Part shown: positions 24,596-32,323 of the stretch, one piece after another
How the letters are laid out: the number at the start of each line of letters is the position of its first letter
How positions within the stretch are numbered: the stretch's first letter is position 1
Assembly: GCA_016199605.1 (NCBI GenBank)
Contig: JACQGJ010000274.1
Span: 1 to 32,323 of the forward strand
DNA: 32,323 bases
Source of the DNA: Armatimonadota bacterium
Lineage (GTDB): Bacteria > Armatimonadota > Abditibacteriia > CG2-30-59-28
Direction: 5' to 3'
Program-made: the position numbers and the translations under genes
Notes under the pieces: model-generated
Told to the model about the DNA's origin: nothing
The model's database searches: none
What the model saw: only the letters and a program-made list of their open reading frames with translations

Positions 24596-25762
24596 CTATG
24601 TTCGTTGGTCCGACCCTTCACGGCCGGTTGACCAAGTGCGCATCCTCAACCCTCCCAGATACCGCACCAAAGCCCAGAAGGCAGATAGATTGATTAGAGT
24701 TAGGAAGAAGGGCGTTGACAGCAGCTTGTGTCTCGCTGCACCTCGCCGGGATTCCAGGTATCCTGCCAGCGCGAACACATAAAACACCAACTGGGCGGCC
24801 ACGACTGTGCGATAGAAGGGACCGGAGAGGGCGAGACTGGCTGAGCTGATCAGGAGCAAGACCCCGGACAGTCCAACAAGCCAGCGAGCGACTTTGCGCG
24901 ACCAGACGTGAACAGCGAATATGGGATGTCGGGTGATGTTCAGGAACCTGCCCATGCGCCCCGCCATAGTGAATCCTCGCACGGTATTGCGGAAGTGCAT
25001 CTTGAACTCAGCAGCCACGGCTTCGTGGGATTCCTCGACGAACACAGCTTCCGGATCGTAGAGTGTCCGGTATCCCGAGTTGACCACATGGAGCGACCAC
25101 ACCTGGTCGAATTCAAGCTCTCCAGGGAGAGGCAGGAACAAGTCTCGGCGAATGGCCGTCATCGCCCCCAGAGTGAAGGCGGTTGAATGGACCGAAGATT
25201 CCGCAAGACGGAGGGCGTTCTCGTACCGCCAATACAGGCCCTGCCCTCTCGAGATTTGGCTCTCTGCGGCGCGCAGCACCCGTCTTCCACTCACACAACC
25301 GACGGAGGTGTCCGCAAAGCCGCGGACGAGTTTCTTCAAGGACTCCTTCTCAAAGAACGAATTGGCGTCAGTGATCACGATGATGTCGCCCGTGCATTGG
25401 TTGACCGCGTGACTTAATCCGCCGATCTTGCCAAGCTGCTGTTCGTTCCTTTTCAACTCAACTCGCGGGGCAAACTCGCGGACGATCTCCTCCGTGCGGT
25501 CTGTTGATCTATCGGAGACAACAAGGATCTGGAGTCTGTCCGCGGGATAGTCGAGGCCGCAGCTATTCTCGAGCTTCTGTCGAATAACTCCCTCTTCATT
25601 GAACGCCGGGATCAGCAGGCTCAATGCGGGTTCTACGTCTTCCTGTCGGACAGGGCGAGTTTTGAGGCACCGCGCCAGGAGGAGCACGCACGGATACAGG
25701 AAGTAAGCATAGGCTATCAGAAAAAGGGACAGCCAGAACAGGACTACAAGGCAAGTCATCAA
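24596..25762 (-). CDS. Membrane-embedded family 2 glycosyltransferase (N-terminal TM, GT-A domain, C-terminal TM bundle)
   Basis: LSLLIPAFNEEGVI, ILVVSDRSTDRT, DIIVITDANSFF, GCVSGR, GLYWRYE, GAMTAIRRDLF, flanked by hydrophobic helices at both ends. Confidence 0.8.
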   Translation of the reverse strand: MMTCLVVLFWLSLFLIAYAYFLYPCVLLLARCLKTRPVRQEDVEPALSLLIPAFNEEGVIRQKLENSCGLDYPADRLQILVVSDRSTDRTEEIVREFAPRVELKRNEQQLGKIGGLSHAVNQCTGDIIVITDANSFFEKESLKKLVRGFADTSVGCVSGRRVLRAAESQISRGQGLYWRYENALRLAESSVHSTAFTLGAMTAIRRDLFLPLPGELEFDQVWSLHVVNSGYRTLYDPEAVFVEESHEAVAAEFKMHFRNTVRGFTMAGRMGRFLNITRHPIFAVHVWSRKVARWLVGLSGVLLLISSASLALSGPFYRTVVAAQLVFYVFALAGYLESRRGAARHKLLSTPFFLTLINLSAFWALVRYLGGLRMRTWSTGREGSDQRT

Positions 25763-25831
25763 CGGTAGATGGATCTCCCTGGAAGGGCAGGCTCGTGTTC
25801 AGAGGAGGCAAGAGACATAGGCAAAGTCAAG

Positions 25832-26842
25832 TCAGTTCATCGACGCGGAGGGGCCGTGTTCCTTAAGTGCAGGGTCTTCCAGCGTCCCATTGGCGTCGAG
25901 GGCGTCGATGAAAGAATAGACGAGATCGCGGTCAAACTGAATCCCGGCACAACGTTTCAATTCCAGCAAGGCCGTCGCCTGCGGCAGGGCTTTCCGGTAG
26001 GGGCGGTCCGCAGTCATCGCGTCGTAGGCGTCGGCGATGCCCAGGATGCGGTCGTGCAGAGAGATCTGCTCAGCGGTCAACCCCTCCGGGTATCCCGTCC
26101 CGTCCAGCCGTTCATGGTGATGGTGAGCACCAGTGATCAAGAGATCGAGACCGTCAACTCGCTTGAGGATATCGACGCCGATCATCACATGCTGCTTCAT
26201 CCGGGTGAACTCGTCCATGGTGAGCCGGTCTGGCTTGTTCAGTATGCGTTCTTCGATGCCGATTTTTCCCACGTCGTGCATAAGCCCTTTGAAGCGGATC
26301 AGGGCGACCTCTTCGGGTGGCAAACCGAGTTGCTTGGCAATCAGCACCGAGTAAGCTGAAACATTCCCGCTGTGATCATGCGTGTAGTGGTCCTTTGCGT
26401 CAATGGCGCGGGCGAGAGCCGCTATGGTGTCCATCTCATATCTTCGCACCCGGTGCAGTATACGCTGGTATTCCATGGACGCGATCGAAGTTACCAGACC
26501 GACGAAAAGCAGAATCGCAGTACGGATGGACAGCATCTGTACCAACTCATCGGGGGAAGTAGCGATCAAGTTCGTCCTCAGGCACAACACAACCGCGTAA
26601 CATGCGAGGCAAATGATCGTGCTGACGATGGCTCCACGAACTCGCCACCGATAGCCGGAAGCAACGATCGGGACGAAATAAAGGTTAACAAGAAGGTTCG
26701 CCATGTCCGGCATAAAGAAAAGCGCCACCGTCACGATCGTCACGCTGAGGACAAACACCCCAGTCATGCGATGTTCAGACATGCGAGTTTCCCTGGTCGT
26801 TACATCAGGGTTCCATAAAGCACCAAGGTGTTCTTCGTTCAT
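25832..26842 (-). CDS. Membrane-anchored HD-GYP domain protein (putative c-di-GMP phosphodiesterase)
   Basis: About four N-terminal TM helices, then HYTHDHSGNV, LMHDVGKIGI and HHHERLDGTGYPEGL (HD and HHExxDGxGYP motifs), then ADAYDAMTADRPYR. An alternative start is the ATG at 26782. Confidence 0.85.
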   Translation of the reverse strand: MNEEHLGALWNPDVTTRETRMSEHRMTGVFVLSVTIVTVALFFMPDMANLLVNLYFVPIVASGYRWRVRGAIVSTIICLACYAVVLCLRTNLIATSPDELVQMLSIRTAILLFVGLVTSIASMEYQRILHRVRRYEMDTIAALARAIDAKDHYTHDHSGNVSAYSVLIAKQLGLPPEEVALIRFKGLMHDVGKIGIEERILNKPDRLTMDEFTRMKQHVMIGVDILKRVDGLDLLITGAHHHHERLDGTGYPEGLTAEQISLHDRILGIADAYDAMTADRPYRKALPQATALLELKRCAGIQFDRDLVYSFIDALDANGTLEDPALKEHGPSASMN

Positions 26843-26959
26843 ATTAGGCAGACCTATCCATGGGCATCAGTCATGTGAAAGCACACCAAGCTGCCCCGGT
26901 TATGCCACAATCGAAGGCAAAATGCAGGCCTCACGCTGAATCCAAACGTTGTGCTTGCA

Positions 26960-29900
26960 TCAACGCTGTCCAAACTTGTTCGTGATCTCCGAGGGAGTCG
27001 AGACACCGATCAACCCGATCAGCTTTAACTGAAGCTCGGTTTGCGAATGGGGGGGTATCCTAAGTCCCTCGCTGCTCGACCCAATCCCGGGCTCGAAGGA
27101 GTAAACTCCTTGCCTGGTGTCTACAGTTAAGATCACTTCCCCCGCAGAGACAGGCAGCACAACGACCAACGCCGTCTTGGTCACCGAGTCAAAAGACGCC
27201 ACGAAAGGACTGTTCAAACGCAACGTCTGGCTTTGGGGCGCCTTCGGGATCGTGTCAGGATCCATGTAGTCCTGGGCCACGTGGCTCGCGGTGGGAATCA
27301 CGATCCGGTCGCGCCACGGATTTCCCCGATCTTCACTGGCCGAGAACCCTATACCCGGATCGATGCGAGCACTCCACGGAAAGGAAAGCTCGGAATCCGT
27401 CTGGTTACTGAAGACATAGCGGATCATGAGAGCGTTGTCCCCCTTCCTCAAGGTCATGCTCCGGCGCAGTTTCAACCGCCCTCCCAGCAGAAGCTGACGC
27501 GCTTCCAGGGCCACTTGAGAGACGGATTGCTCCGTGACAACCAGATTCCAGTTCTCAAGCGAGGTCAGTCCAAACCGCTTTCCGCCCTCCACATAACCGC
27601 CAAGATCATGCCATTCTCTGGGGTCCTGATTGTCGAGCACCGCGTCTGGGTGCGGTTGGTGCAGGAGCGGGATCTCGGCTACTTTGAGTTGGACGATCCT
27701 CGCTCCCTGTCTCCAAATGATCGCTTCGATGACACCGTTGCTGAGACGGAATCCCCATTTCTTCAGAAAAACCCCAGCCTCAGCTTTACACGAGACCCCG
27801 CGCGGGTCTTGTCGAGGTGCAAGTCGCTGCAGCGCGTTCTGTCCACTCTTGGCAAGATCGGTCTCTCCACGCTCCAGGTGTCGTTTGACGAGCGCCTTCA
27901 GCGCGAGATAAAGGGGATTCGCCGTGGTCGGAGACGCGGGTGATACTCCGAGTGGATTGCCAGGTTTCGATGGGACTGGCTTGAGAACCGCACGCGAAAG
28001 AACCGGCTTCGCGACTGTGGCCGCTCGACCAGCAGGTTGGCGAGCCAGGGACGTGTTTGACGCCTCGCGAGGGGCCGAGACTCTGTCACCGGCGGCTCTC
28101 GTTTCAGAGTCCTCGTTTGGCAAACCCGTGGTAGAGTCTGTGCGAGCACCGGACCTGGGTACCGCAGGTTTGTCCGAGGTAGCTTTGAGCACAGTGAGAG
28201 TTCTCGTCGCCGACGCAACATGCCCTCCCTTGGAGGCTTCAATGGTGATACGGTTGATGCCAGGTAACGGGTAGACTTTTGCCTTGAACCTCCCCCGTGA
28301 GTCCGTGCTGATGGGTTGTCCCGCAACTCTCACTGTCGATCCGGGAGTGGCAACTCCTTCGACAGTCTGTCCCTCGTTGGACGCGGAAACCGTAGCAAAG
28401 TCCGACGGGTTCGTCCGGACCAGCAACACTGGTTCCTTCTGCGAGAGGGACTCGATCTCCTCCGCCACACGCGCTCTCAGTCGCAACAGTTTGTCCGGAT
28501 CCCGAGTGAAGTGCGTCATGTCCTGCACGGCCAGTGAACAGAGCTCGCGGACTCGTGACCGGTCGAACGACTCGTCGGTTGACCCCAATCTCCTGGCGGC
28601 GTCGTGAATGGACCCGGCGAGAAGGTTGAGGTACTCCAGGTCCTCAAGACCCTCACGCAACAATTCGAGACGGAGAGAACTCACCGGCCCTTCCCGCGGT
28701 TTGACGCTTGAGGAAGCCGTGGCGCGGATAGTGGGATAAACCAGGAACTCGGAACCATTGCCTCCTTCCGTCATTGGCAAAGACCAGATATCCTGGGCCT
28801 GTCTGGTTTTCGTTGAGGCGCTCAAGCGTGAATTCAGAGAGACACAATCGAGGAACAAACCATCGATGTGGTAGAAGCAAGCCATCCACGGGAGAAGGCG
28901 GTGTTCGATCCCTTCCTCATCGATGAGGAGGTGAGGGAAACGGGAGCCACCGGTGAGCCGCCACCAGACTTCCCTTCCCGTTGTCTGGAGTTGTCGGGCA
29001 GTTCTCGCCTCGAACTCCTCAGGGCTTGGGGCCCACACGTCGACTCGGTCCAGGAGCCTGGCGAGGGGAGAAGAGAGAACCAGAACTCTGGCGCCTGGCA
29101 GCTTCGTCTTCATTCGTTCTATCGCGAGCTTCACCATCGATCGTCCCTCTTCCTGGGTTTCCCCGGGCAGGCAGAACGTCACGCGCCGATCAAGGTCCTT
29201 TGACTGCGACAACTGGCCGAGAAGCGCTACATTGGAATCGCGACTGATCTCGGAGAGACTTAAAGGAAAGTAGAGCCGCCGAAAGCGAGGATCCCTCAGG
29301 TACAGCCCTGCTTCAGGGGAGTCGATGGGCGCCGGAATCCCCGTGGGAATAAGTCTTCTGTTGGCGAGGAACAGGAAGTACTGGCCCATCAGACGCCTGT
29401 GGGGTTCACTCCCTACCTCGACCCCGTGACCGAAGCCGACTTCCTGCGGGGAGAGACCGCTGACGACCGGAAAGCTCGGGGGGGAGGGGAGGAGAAAAGG
29501 CCGCACGAGGAGACGTATTGGCAGTGTCTCAGCGACCTCGCCGCCTACTACCAAGTGTACGGCCCCACTGTAGGCTCCCGGCAGGACTTCCTCCGGCACC
29601 CTCACCGTCACCCAGAAGGGTTGGTTTCCATTCACTGCCTCGAGATCCACGGGCCGGGTGTGGGGGAGCAGGGGGTCCGGCCAGGAGAGTGGTTCTTCCA
29701 ACCCGGAGGATCTCATGCGGATCGGTACGTGACCTACCTCGTAAATCTCGACGGAATCTCTGGAGATGAGGCCTTTGCCAGAGGCCTGGATGAAATCCAT
29801 GACTTTGATCCGGACGGCTTTCACATCCACAGTTGGAGTCAAGACGATCTGGAACGATTCCCATTCATTGCGCGCGGAGGTCAAGCTGATCTCCCGAACC

Positions 29901-30043
29901 GGGCTTGCAGGCGCTTTCGTGTCACGGAATACTTTCACCGCAGTGGGTGCGGTCCAGAGAGTAATCTGGGAAGCAGGCAAGGAGCCGCCGAGTCCAATCA
30001 GGACCAGCATCAGCCAGGGCCGCCAGAAACGCAGTTGAATCAC
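26960..30043 (-). CDS. Large secreted multidomain protein: GH123/DUF4091-like putative glycoside hydrolase, Ig-like domain, Pro/Ser/Ala-rich linker, and an unassigned ~300-aa C-terminal domain
   Basis: From GTG 30043: MIQLRFWRPWLMLVLIGLGGSLPASQ (signal peptide). Then the DUF4091-family pattern (TAVKVFRD..SARNEWESFQIVL..WPDPLLP..QPFWVTVRVPEEVLPGAYSG..LLVRPFLLP ... LLIDEEGIEHRLLPW..GGNGSEFLVYP..SSLRLELLREGLEDLEYLNLL). The ORF-track start at 30223 would overlap rsmE by 155 nt, so I reject it. Confidence 0.7.
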   Translation of the reverse strand: MIQLRFWRPWLMLVLIGLGGSLPASQITLWTAPTAVKVFRDTKAPASPVREISLTSARNEWESFQIVLTPTVDVKAVRIKVMDFIQASGKGLISRDSVEIYEVGHVPIRMRSSGLEEPLSWPDPLLPHTRPVDLEAVNGNQPFWVTVRVPEEVLPGAYSGAVHLVVGGEVAETLPIRLLVRPFLLPSPPSFPVVSGLSPQEVGFGHGVEVGSEPHRRLMGQYFLFLANRRLIPTGIPAPIDSPEAGLYLRDPRFRRLYFPLSLSEISRDSNVALLGQLSQSKDLDRRVTFCLPGETQEEGRSMVKLAIERMKTKLPGARVLVLSSPLARLLDRVDVWAPSPEEFEARTARQLQTTGREVWWRLTGGSRFPHLLIDEEGIEHRLLPWMACFYHIDGLFLDCVSLNSRLSASTKTRQAQDIWSLPMTEGGNGSEFLVYPTIRATASSSVKPREGPVSSLRLELLREGLEDLEYLNLLAGSIHDAARRLGSTDESFDRSRVRELCSLAVQDMTHFTRDPDKLLRLRARVAEEIESLSQKEPVLLVRTNPSDFATVSASNEGQTVEGVATPGSTVRVAGQPISTDSRGRFKAKVYPLPGINRITIEASKGGHVASATRTLTVLKATSDKPAVPRSGARTDSTTGLPNEDSETRAAGDRVSAPREASNTSLARQPAGRAATVAKPVLSRAVLKPVPSKPGNPLGVSPASPTTANPLYLALKALVKRHLERGETDLAKSGQNALQRLAPRQDPRGVSCKAEAGVFLKKWGFRLSNGVIEAIIWRQGARIVQLKVAEIPLLHQPHPDAVLDNQDPREWHDLGGYVEGGKRFGLTSLENWNLVVTEQSVSQVALEARQLLLGGRLKLRRSMTLRKGDNALMIRYVFSNQTDSELSFPWSARIDPGIGFSASEDRGNPWRDRIVIPTASHVAQDYMDPDTIPKAPQSQTLRLNSPFVASFDSVTKTALVVVLPVSAGEVILTVDTRQGVYSFEPGIGSSSEGLRIPPHSQTELQLKLIGLIGVSTPSEITNKFGQR

Positions 30044-30068
30044 ATTCACCTCGGAAAGTATCGTAATC

Positions 30069-30872
30069 CTACAAGTCGCCAAAGGCGTAAAACAGGATCC
30101 CCGCCACAACAAGCGCCACGGTTTCCGTTCGGAGGATGCGGGGCCCCAGCGAAACAGGCATATACCCATGGCTCTGCGCGATTCCCACCTCGTCAAAAGT
30201 GAGACCTCCTTCAGGCCCGACAAACAAGGCGGCGTTACCCAATCCCGGTGTACCCTCGGCGGCGCCGAGCGCTTCCCTCAGAGGAGTCATCGCGCCTTCA
30301 TACAACAGTATCCGCAGAGATGCCTCTGGAACTGCGCCGACGGCCTCGGCGAAAGCCATCGCAGGAAGCACCGCCATGACTGAACCACGACCAGACTGTT
30401 CGGTAGCCTGTATGGAAATCTTTTGCCACCGCTCTCTCCTGGCAACAGATTCCGCGAGGCCCGCACGCGGGACCGATCTCTCGGTCATCACAGGGATCAG
30501 GTTTGACACGCCGAGTTCGGCGGACTTCTGGATGATGAGGTCCATTTTCCGGCCTTTCGGCATTCCCTGGAGGACCGTCAGTTCCAGCTTCGGATCCGTC
30601 TCGACGCATCGGGTGGCGTGAAAGCGTCCTGAGACCTCTTCGCGTGAAACGCTTTCTGCAATCACTTCATATTCCGTGCCGCGTTCATCGACGACCTCAA
30701 AGCTTTCTCCGGGTTTCAGGCGCAGCACTCGTGAGAGCCGCCTCGCTTGCTCTCCCCTGATGCGGAGGACGCGATCCGCTGACGGTGGCTCTGAGCCTCC
30801 GACTCCAGGGCTGTTGCCCTCAAGCTGATGGGAGGGAAGGTAGATGCGTGGCAAAGCCGACCCACTCCTCAT
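30069..30872 (-). CDS. rsmE: 16S rRNA (uracil1498-N3)-methyltransferase RsmE
   Basis: RVLRLKPGESFEVVDERGTEYEV, LTVLQGMPKGRKMDLIIQKSAELGV, TERSV, RERWQKISIQATEQSGR, LFVGPEGGLTFDEV, VSLGPRILRTETVAL. ATG 30872 overlaps the prmA 3' end by 53 nt. The TTG at 30854 (MPRIYLP) is an alternative start. Confidence 0.85.
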   Translation of the reverse strand: MRSGSALPRIYLPSHQLEGNSPGVGGSEPPSADRVLRIRGEQARRLSRVLRLKPGESFEVVDERGTEYEVIAESVSREEVSGRFHATRCVETDPKLELTVLQGMPKGRKMDLIIQKSAELGVSNLIPVMTERSVPRAGLAESVARRERWQKISIQATEQSGRGSVMAVLPAMAFAEAVGAVPEASLRILLYEGAMTPLREALGAAEGTPGLGNAALFVGPEGGLTFDEVGIAQSHGYMPVSLGPRILRTETVALVVAGILFYAFGDL

Positions 30873-31824
30873 CCTCAAGCATGGTGTGCAGCACGAATCC
30901 TGCTTCACCAAGAGCAGCAACCAGTTCACCCTTGTGTGATAGGGAAACGCCCGACCCGATAAAGAGCCCTTTCGGGACTAACAGCCGGTGGAGGTTGCCC
31001 AGCACACACAGGATTTGCGGTGTGGTCAGATTCGCTACCACGATGTCATAGCATCCCTTTTCCACGGTCTTGAGATCGCCCTGGATCACCTCAATCGGGT
31101 GAACGGTGCCGGAATCGAGACCAGCCGGTACCTCTGCGCCGAACGCTCCGCCCCTGTTCCGTTTGATGTTCTCCAAAGTGGCCTCGATCGCCAGAGGATC
31201 GTTGTCGATCGCTACAACATGGCCCGCGCCCAGCTTGGAGGCGGCAATCGAGAGCAGACCGCTTCCCGTTCCCAGGTCAATGATGGACTGCCCGGGTTTG
31301 ACGTGCCGCTCCAGCAACTCAAGGCAGAAACGAGTCGTCGAGTGGTGTCCCGTGCCGAAAGCCATACCTGGATCCAAGACCAGGATGATGCGATTGTCGC
31401 TCCCGTTGAGCGAAGCCTCTGGGTCCTTCGAGTACCACGAAGGTTGGATCACAAACCGCGTGCCTACTTCGATGGGTGTGAAGAACAGCTTCCAGTTCTC
31501 CGCCCAGTCGACGGCCGCCATGCCCGTAGTTCTCAGGGAACCGGCCTCAAGACCTGCCAGGTGCTGAGAAGCCCCGTCCAAGCTTCTTTCGAGTGCGGAA
31601 AGCCCCGCGTCCCCGGTCGCATCCCGGGGAAAGTACCCAGACACGATGGAGCCTCCTTCGTCCTCCTCAATCACCGTGCCAGCGCACCCAGCCTCGATGA
31701 ACAACTGAGAAACGACATCAACTGTCTCGGTGGCGACATGGACGGAGGCCTGGCGCCACGCCTCTGTTTGCCTCTTCTTCTGTGTGACCACACACCCCTC
31801 GGATGGTTGAAATTGCTGTTTCAT
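30820..31824 (-). CDS. prmA: Ribosomal protein L11 methyltransferase PrmA
   Basis: WAENWKLFFTPIEVGTRFVIQPSW, LDPGMAFGTGHHSTTRFCLELL, IDLGTGSGLLSIAASKLGA, YDIVVANL, FIGSGV. The start is uncertain: ATG 31824, GTG 31791/31788, or TTG 31851. Confidence 0.85.
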   Translation of the reverse strand: MKQQFQPSEGCVVTQKKRQTEAWRQASVHVATETVDVVSQLFIEAGCAGTVIEEDEGGSIVSGYFPRDATGDAGLSALERSLDGASQHLAGLEAGSLRTTGMAAVDWAENWKLFFTPIEVGTRFVIQPSWYSKDPEASLNGSDNRIILVLDPGMAFGTGHHSTTRFCLELLERHVKPGQSIIDLGTGSGLLSIAASKLGAGHVVAIDNDPLAIEATLENIKRNRGGAFGAEVPAGLDSGTVHPIEVIQGDLKTVEKGCYDIVVANLTTPQILCVLGNLHRLLVPKGLFIGSGVSLSHKGELVAALGEAGFVLHTMLEDEEWVGFATHLPSLPSA

Positions 31825-31880
31825 TCTATGGGAACATTGCGGATTTGGCAAGGCGAATCGTCCCCCATGTCAACGCAATT

Positions 31881-31919
31881 TAGAAATGTCCGGTATTGTG
31901 CAAGATAGAAATGTCTGGT
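31881..31919. repeat. Two 14-nt direct repeats TAGAAATGTC(C/T)GGT spaced 25 nt start to start, in an AT-rich island upstream of prmA
   Basis: Copies at 31881-31894 and 31906-31919 match at 13 of 14 positions. The local AT-richness contrasts with the GC-rich surroundings. On the minus strand a TTGACA hexamer (31873-31868) lies just downstream of them. Confidence 0.5.
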
Positions 31920-31941
31920 TTAGTCTTTTGGTAAGAACACA

Positions 31942-31997
31942 GCATGGAGGGGGCTGCCGGAGCGAAGCGTAGCGAGCGACGGCAGCCCCCTCCATGC
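31942..31997. repeat. Perfect 18-bp inverted repeat (hairpin) with a 20-nt loop
   Basis: GCATGGAGGGGGCTGCCG (31942-31959), loop GAGCGAAGCGTAGCGAGCGA, then CGGCAGCCCCCTCCATGC (31980-31997). I verified the complement base by base. No T-tract follows on either strand. Confidence 0.8.
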
Positions 31998-32029
31998 GGG
32001 CGCTCGTCTCAAGGTTCCCCTTGGTCTCT

Positions 32030-32141
32030 GACCGTTGGCAAGGAGCTCTCAGCGGTGTCGCCGTGCGAAGCCCTCGGTACTTCGCACGCAGCGACACCGC
32101 CCCCCGCCCGAGGTACCGCGTGACTCTCCTTGCCAACGGTC
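32030..32141. repeat. Nested inverted-repeat element: 16-bp perfect outer stem enclosing a 10+8-bp inner hairpin (~112 nt)
   Basis: Outer stem GACCGTTGGCAAGGAG (32030-32045) pairs with CTCCTTGCCAACGGTC (32126-32141). Inner stems GCGGTGTCGC (32052-32061) with GCGACACCGC (32091-32100), and GTGCGAAG (32063-32070) with CTTCGCAC (32080-32087). The apical loop is 9 nt. Confidence 0.75.
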
Positions 32142-32323
32142 CTCCCTGGCGTGGGAGGTCTTGGTCTTGAGAGAGTAAAGCCCCGACTCGTCGAAGTTCA
32201 CCGACTCGCAATTGCGTCCCCTCCCTGCTGCACTCCGGCGCGTGCCGGCGTCCTCCGGGAAGGACGCCGCGCAGGCCGACGCCACGGATGATCTGCAGCC
32301 GGAGTCACCCCCGTGGCACGACG

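Noticed and set aside
30044-30223. The N-terminal 60 codons of the 1087-aa ORF-track version of the GH123-like gene.
   Set aside because: They would overlap the rsmE 3' end by 155 nt and place ~60 non-hydrophobic residues before the signal peptide. The GTG at 30043 (or 30049), just after the rsmE stop, gives a canonical signal sequence.
32030-32141. An integron attC site or an intrinsic terminator as the explanation for the nested inverted repeat.
   Set aside because: The arms contain GCCAAC/GTTGGC but do not fit the RYYYAAC...GTTRRRY attC core properly, and no integrase is nearby. No U-tract follows the stems on either strand.
31870-32323. Minus-strand ORFs (31870-32211 and 32049-32285, the latter open to the window edge and containing a GDSG-like tetrapeptide).
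   Set aside because: They are highly Arg/Gly-rich and coincide with the long palindromes, which automatically generate open frames on both strands. A single GDSG tetrapeptide is insufficient evidence for a protease.
1-32323. CRISPR arrays, tRNA or rRNA genes, transposases, integrases or phage genes.
   Set aside because: No regularly spaced short repeats, no cloverleaf-like segments and no recombinase-like translations were found in any of the six frames provided.

Overview
Moderately GC-rich bacterial window with no rRNA, tRNA, CRISPR array, transposase or integrase that I can see. Positions ~1390-24490 (+ strand, with one minus-strand flippase) form a dense Wzx/Wzy-type exopolysaccharide (EPS) locus. 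It encodes a multi-SLBB Wza-like exporter, a Wzx flippase, a Wzz/PCP co-polymerase with a separate and apparently degenerate BY-kinase-like ATPase, and a CE4 deacetylase. It also has two GT4 glycosyltransferases, a Wzy/O-antigen-ligase-like polymerase, a secreted clan GH-A hydrolase, a two-lobed GNAT and the initiating phosphoglycosyl transferase. Two unusual gene sets are embedded in it. One is a PP-loop N-acetyl-sugar amidotransferase homologue followed by a small membrane ORF and a SufS-type cysteine desulfurase. The other is three cytoplasmic alkaline-phosphatase-superfamily paralogues, one single and two in tandem. On the minus strand (24596-30043) a second module runs in the order giant secreted GH123/DUF4091-like protein, membrane HD-GYP phosphodiesterase, membrane GT2. 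It lies immediately downstream of housekeeping prmA-rsmE. Two reading frames carry single in-frame stops (TGA at 434, TAG at 9596). The last ~450 nt contain an AT-rich direct-repeat pair and a cluster of long perfect inverted repeats with no convincing coding potential. All functional calls come from motif reading of the supplied translations. No database search was run.
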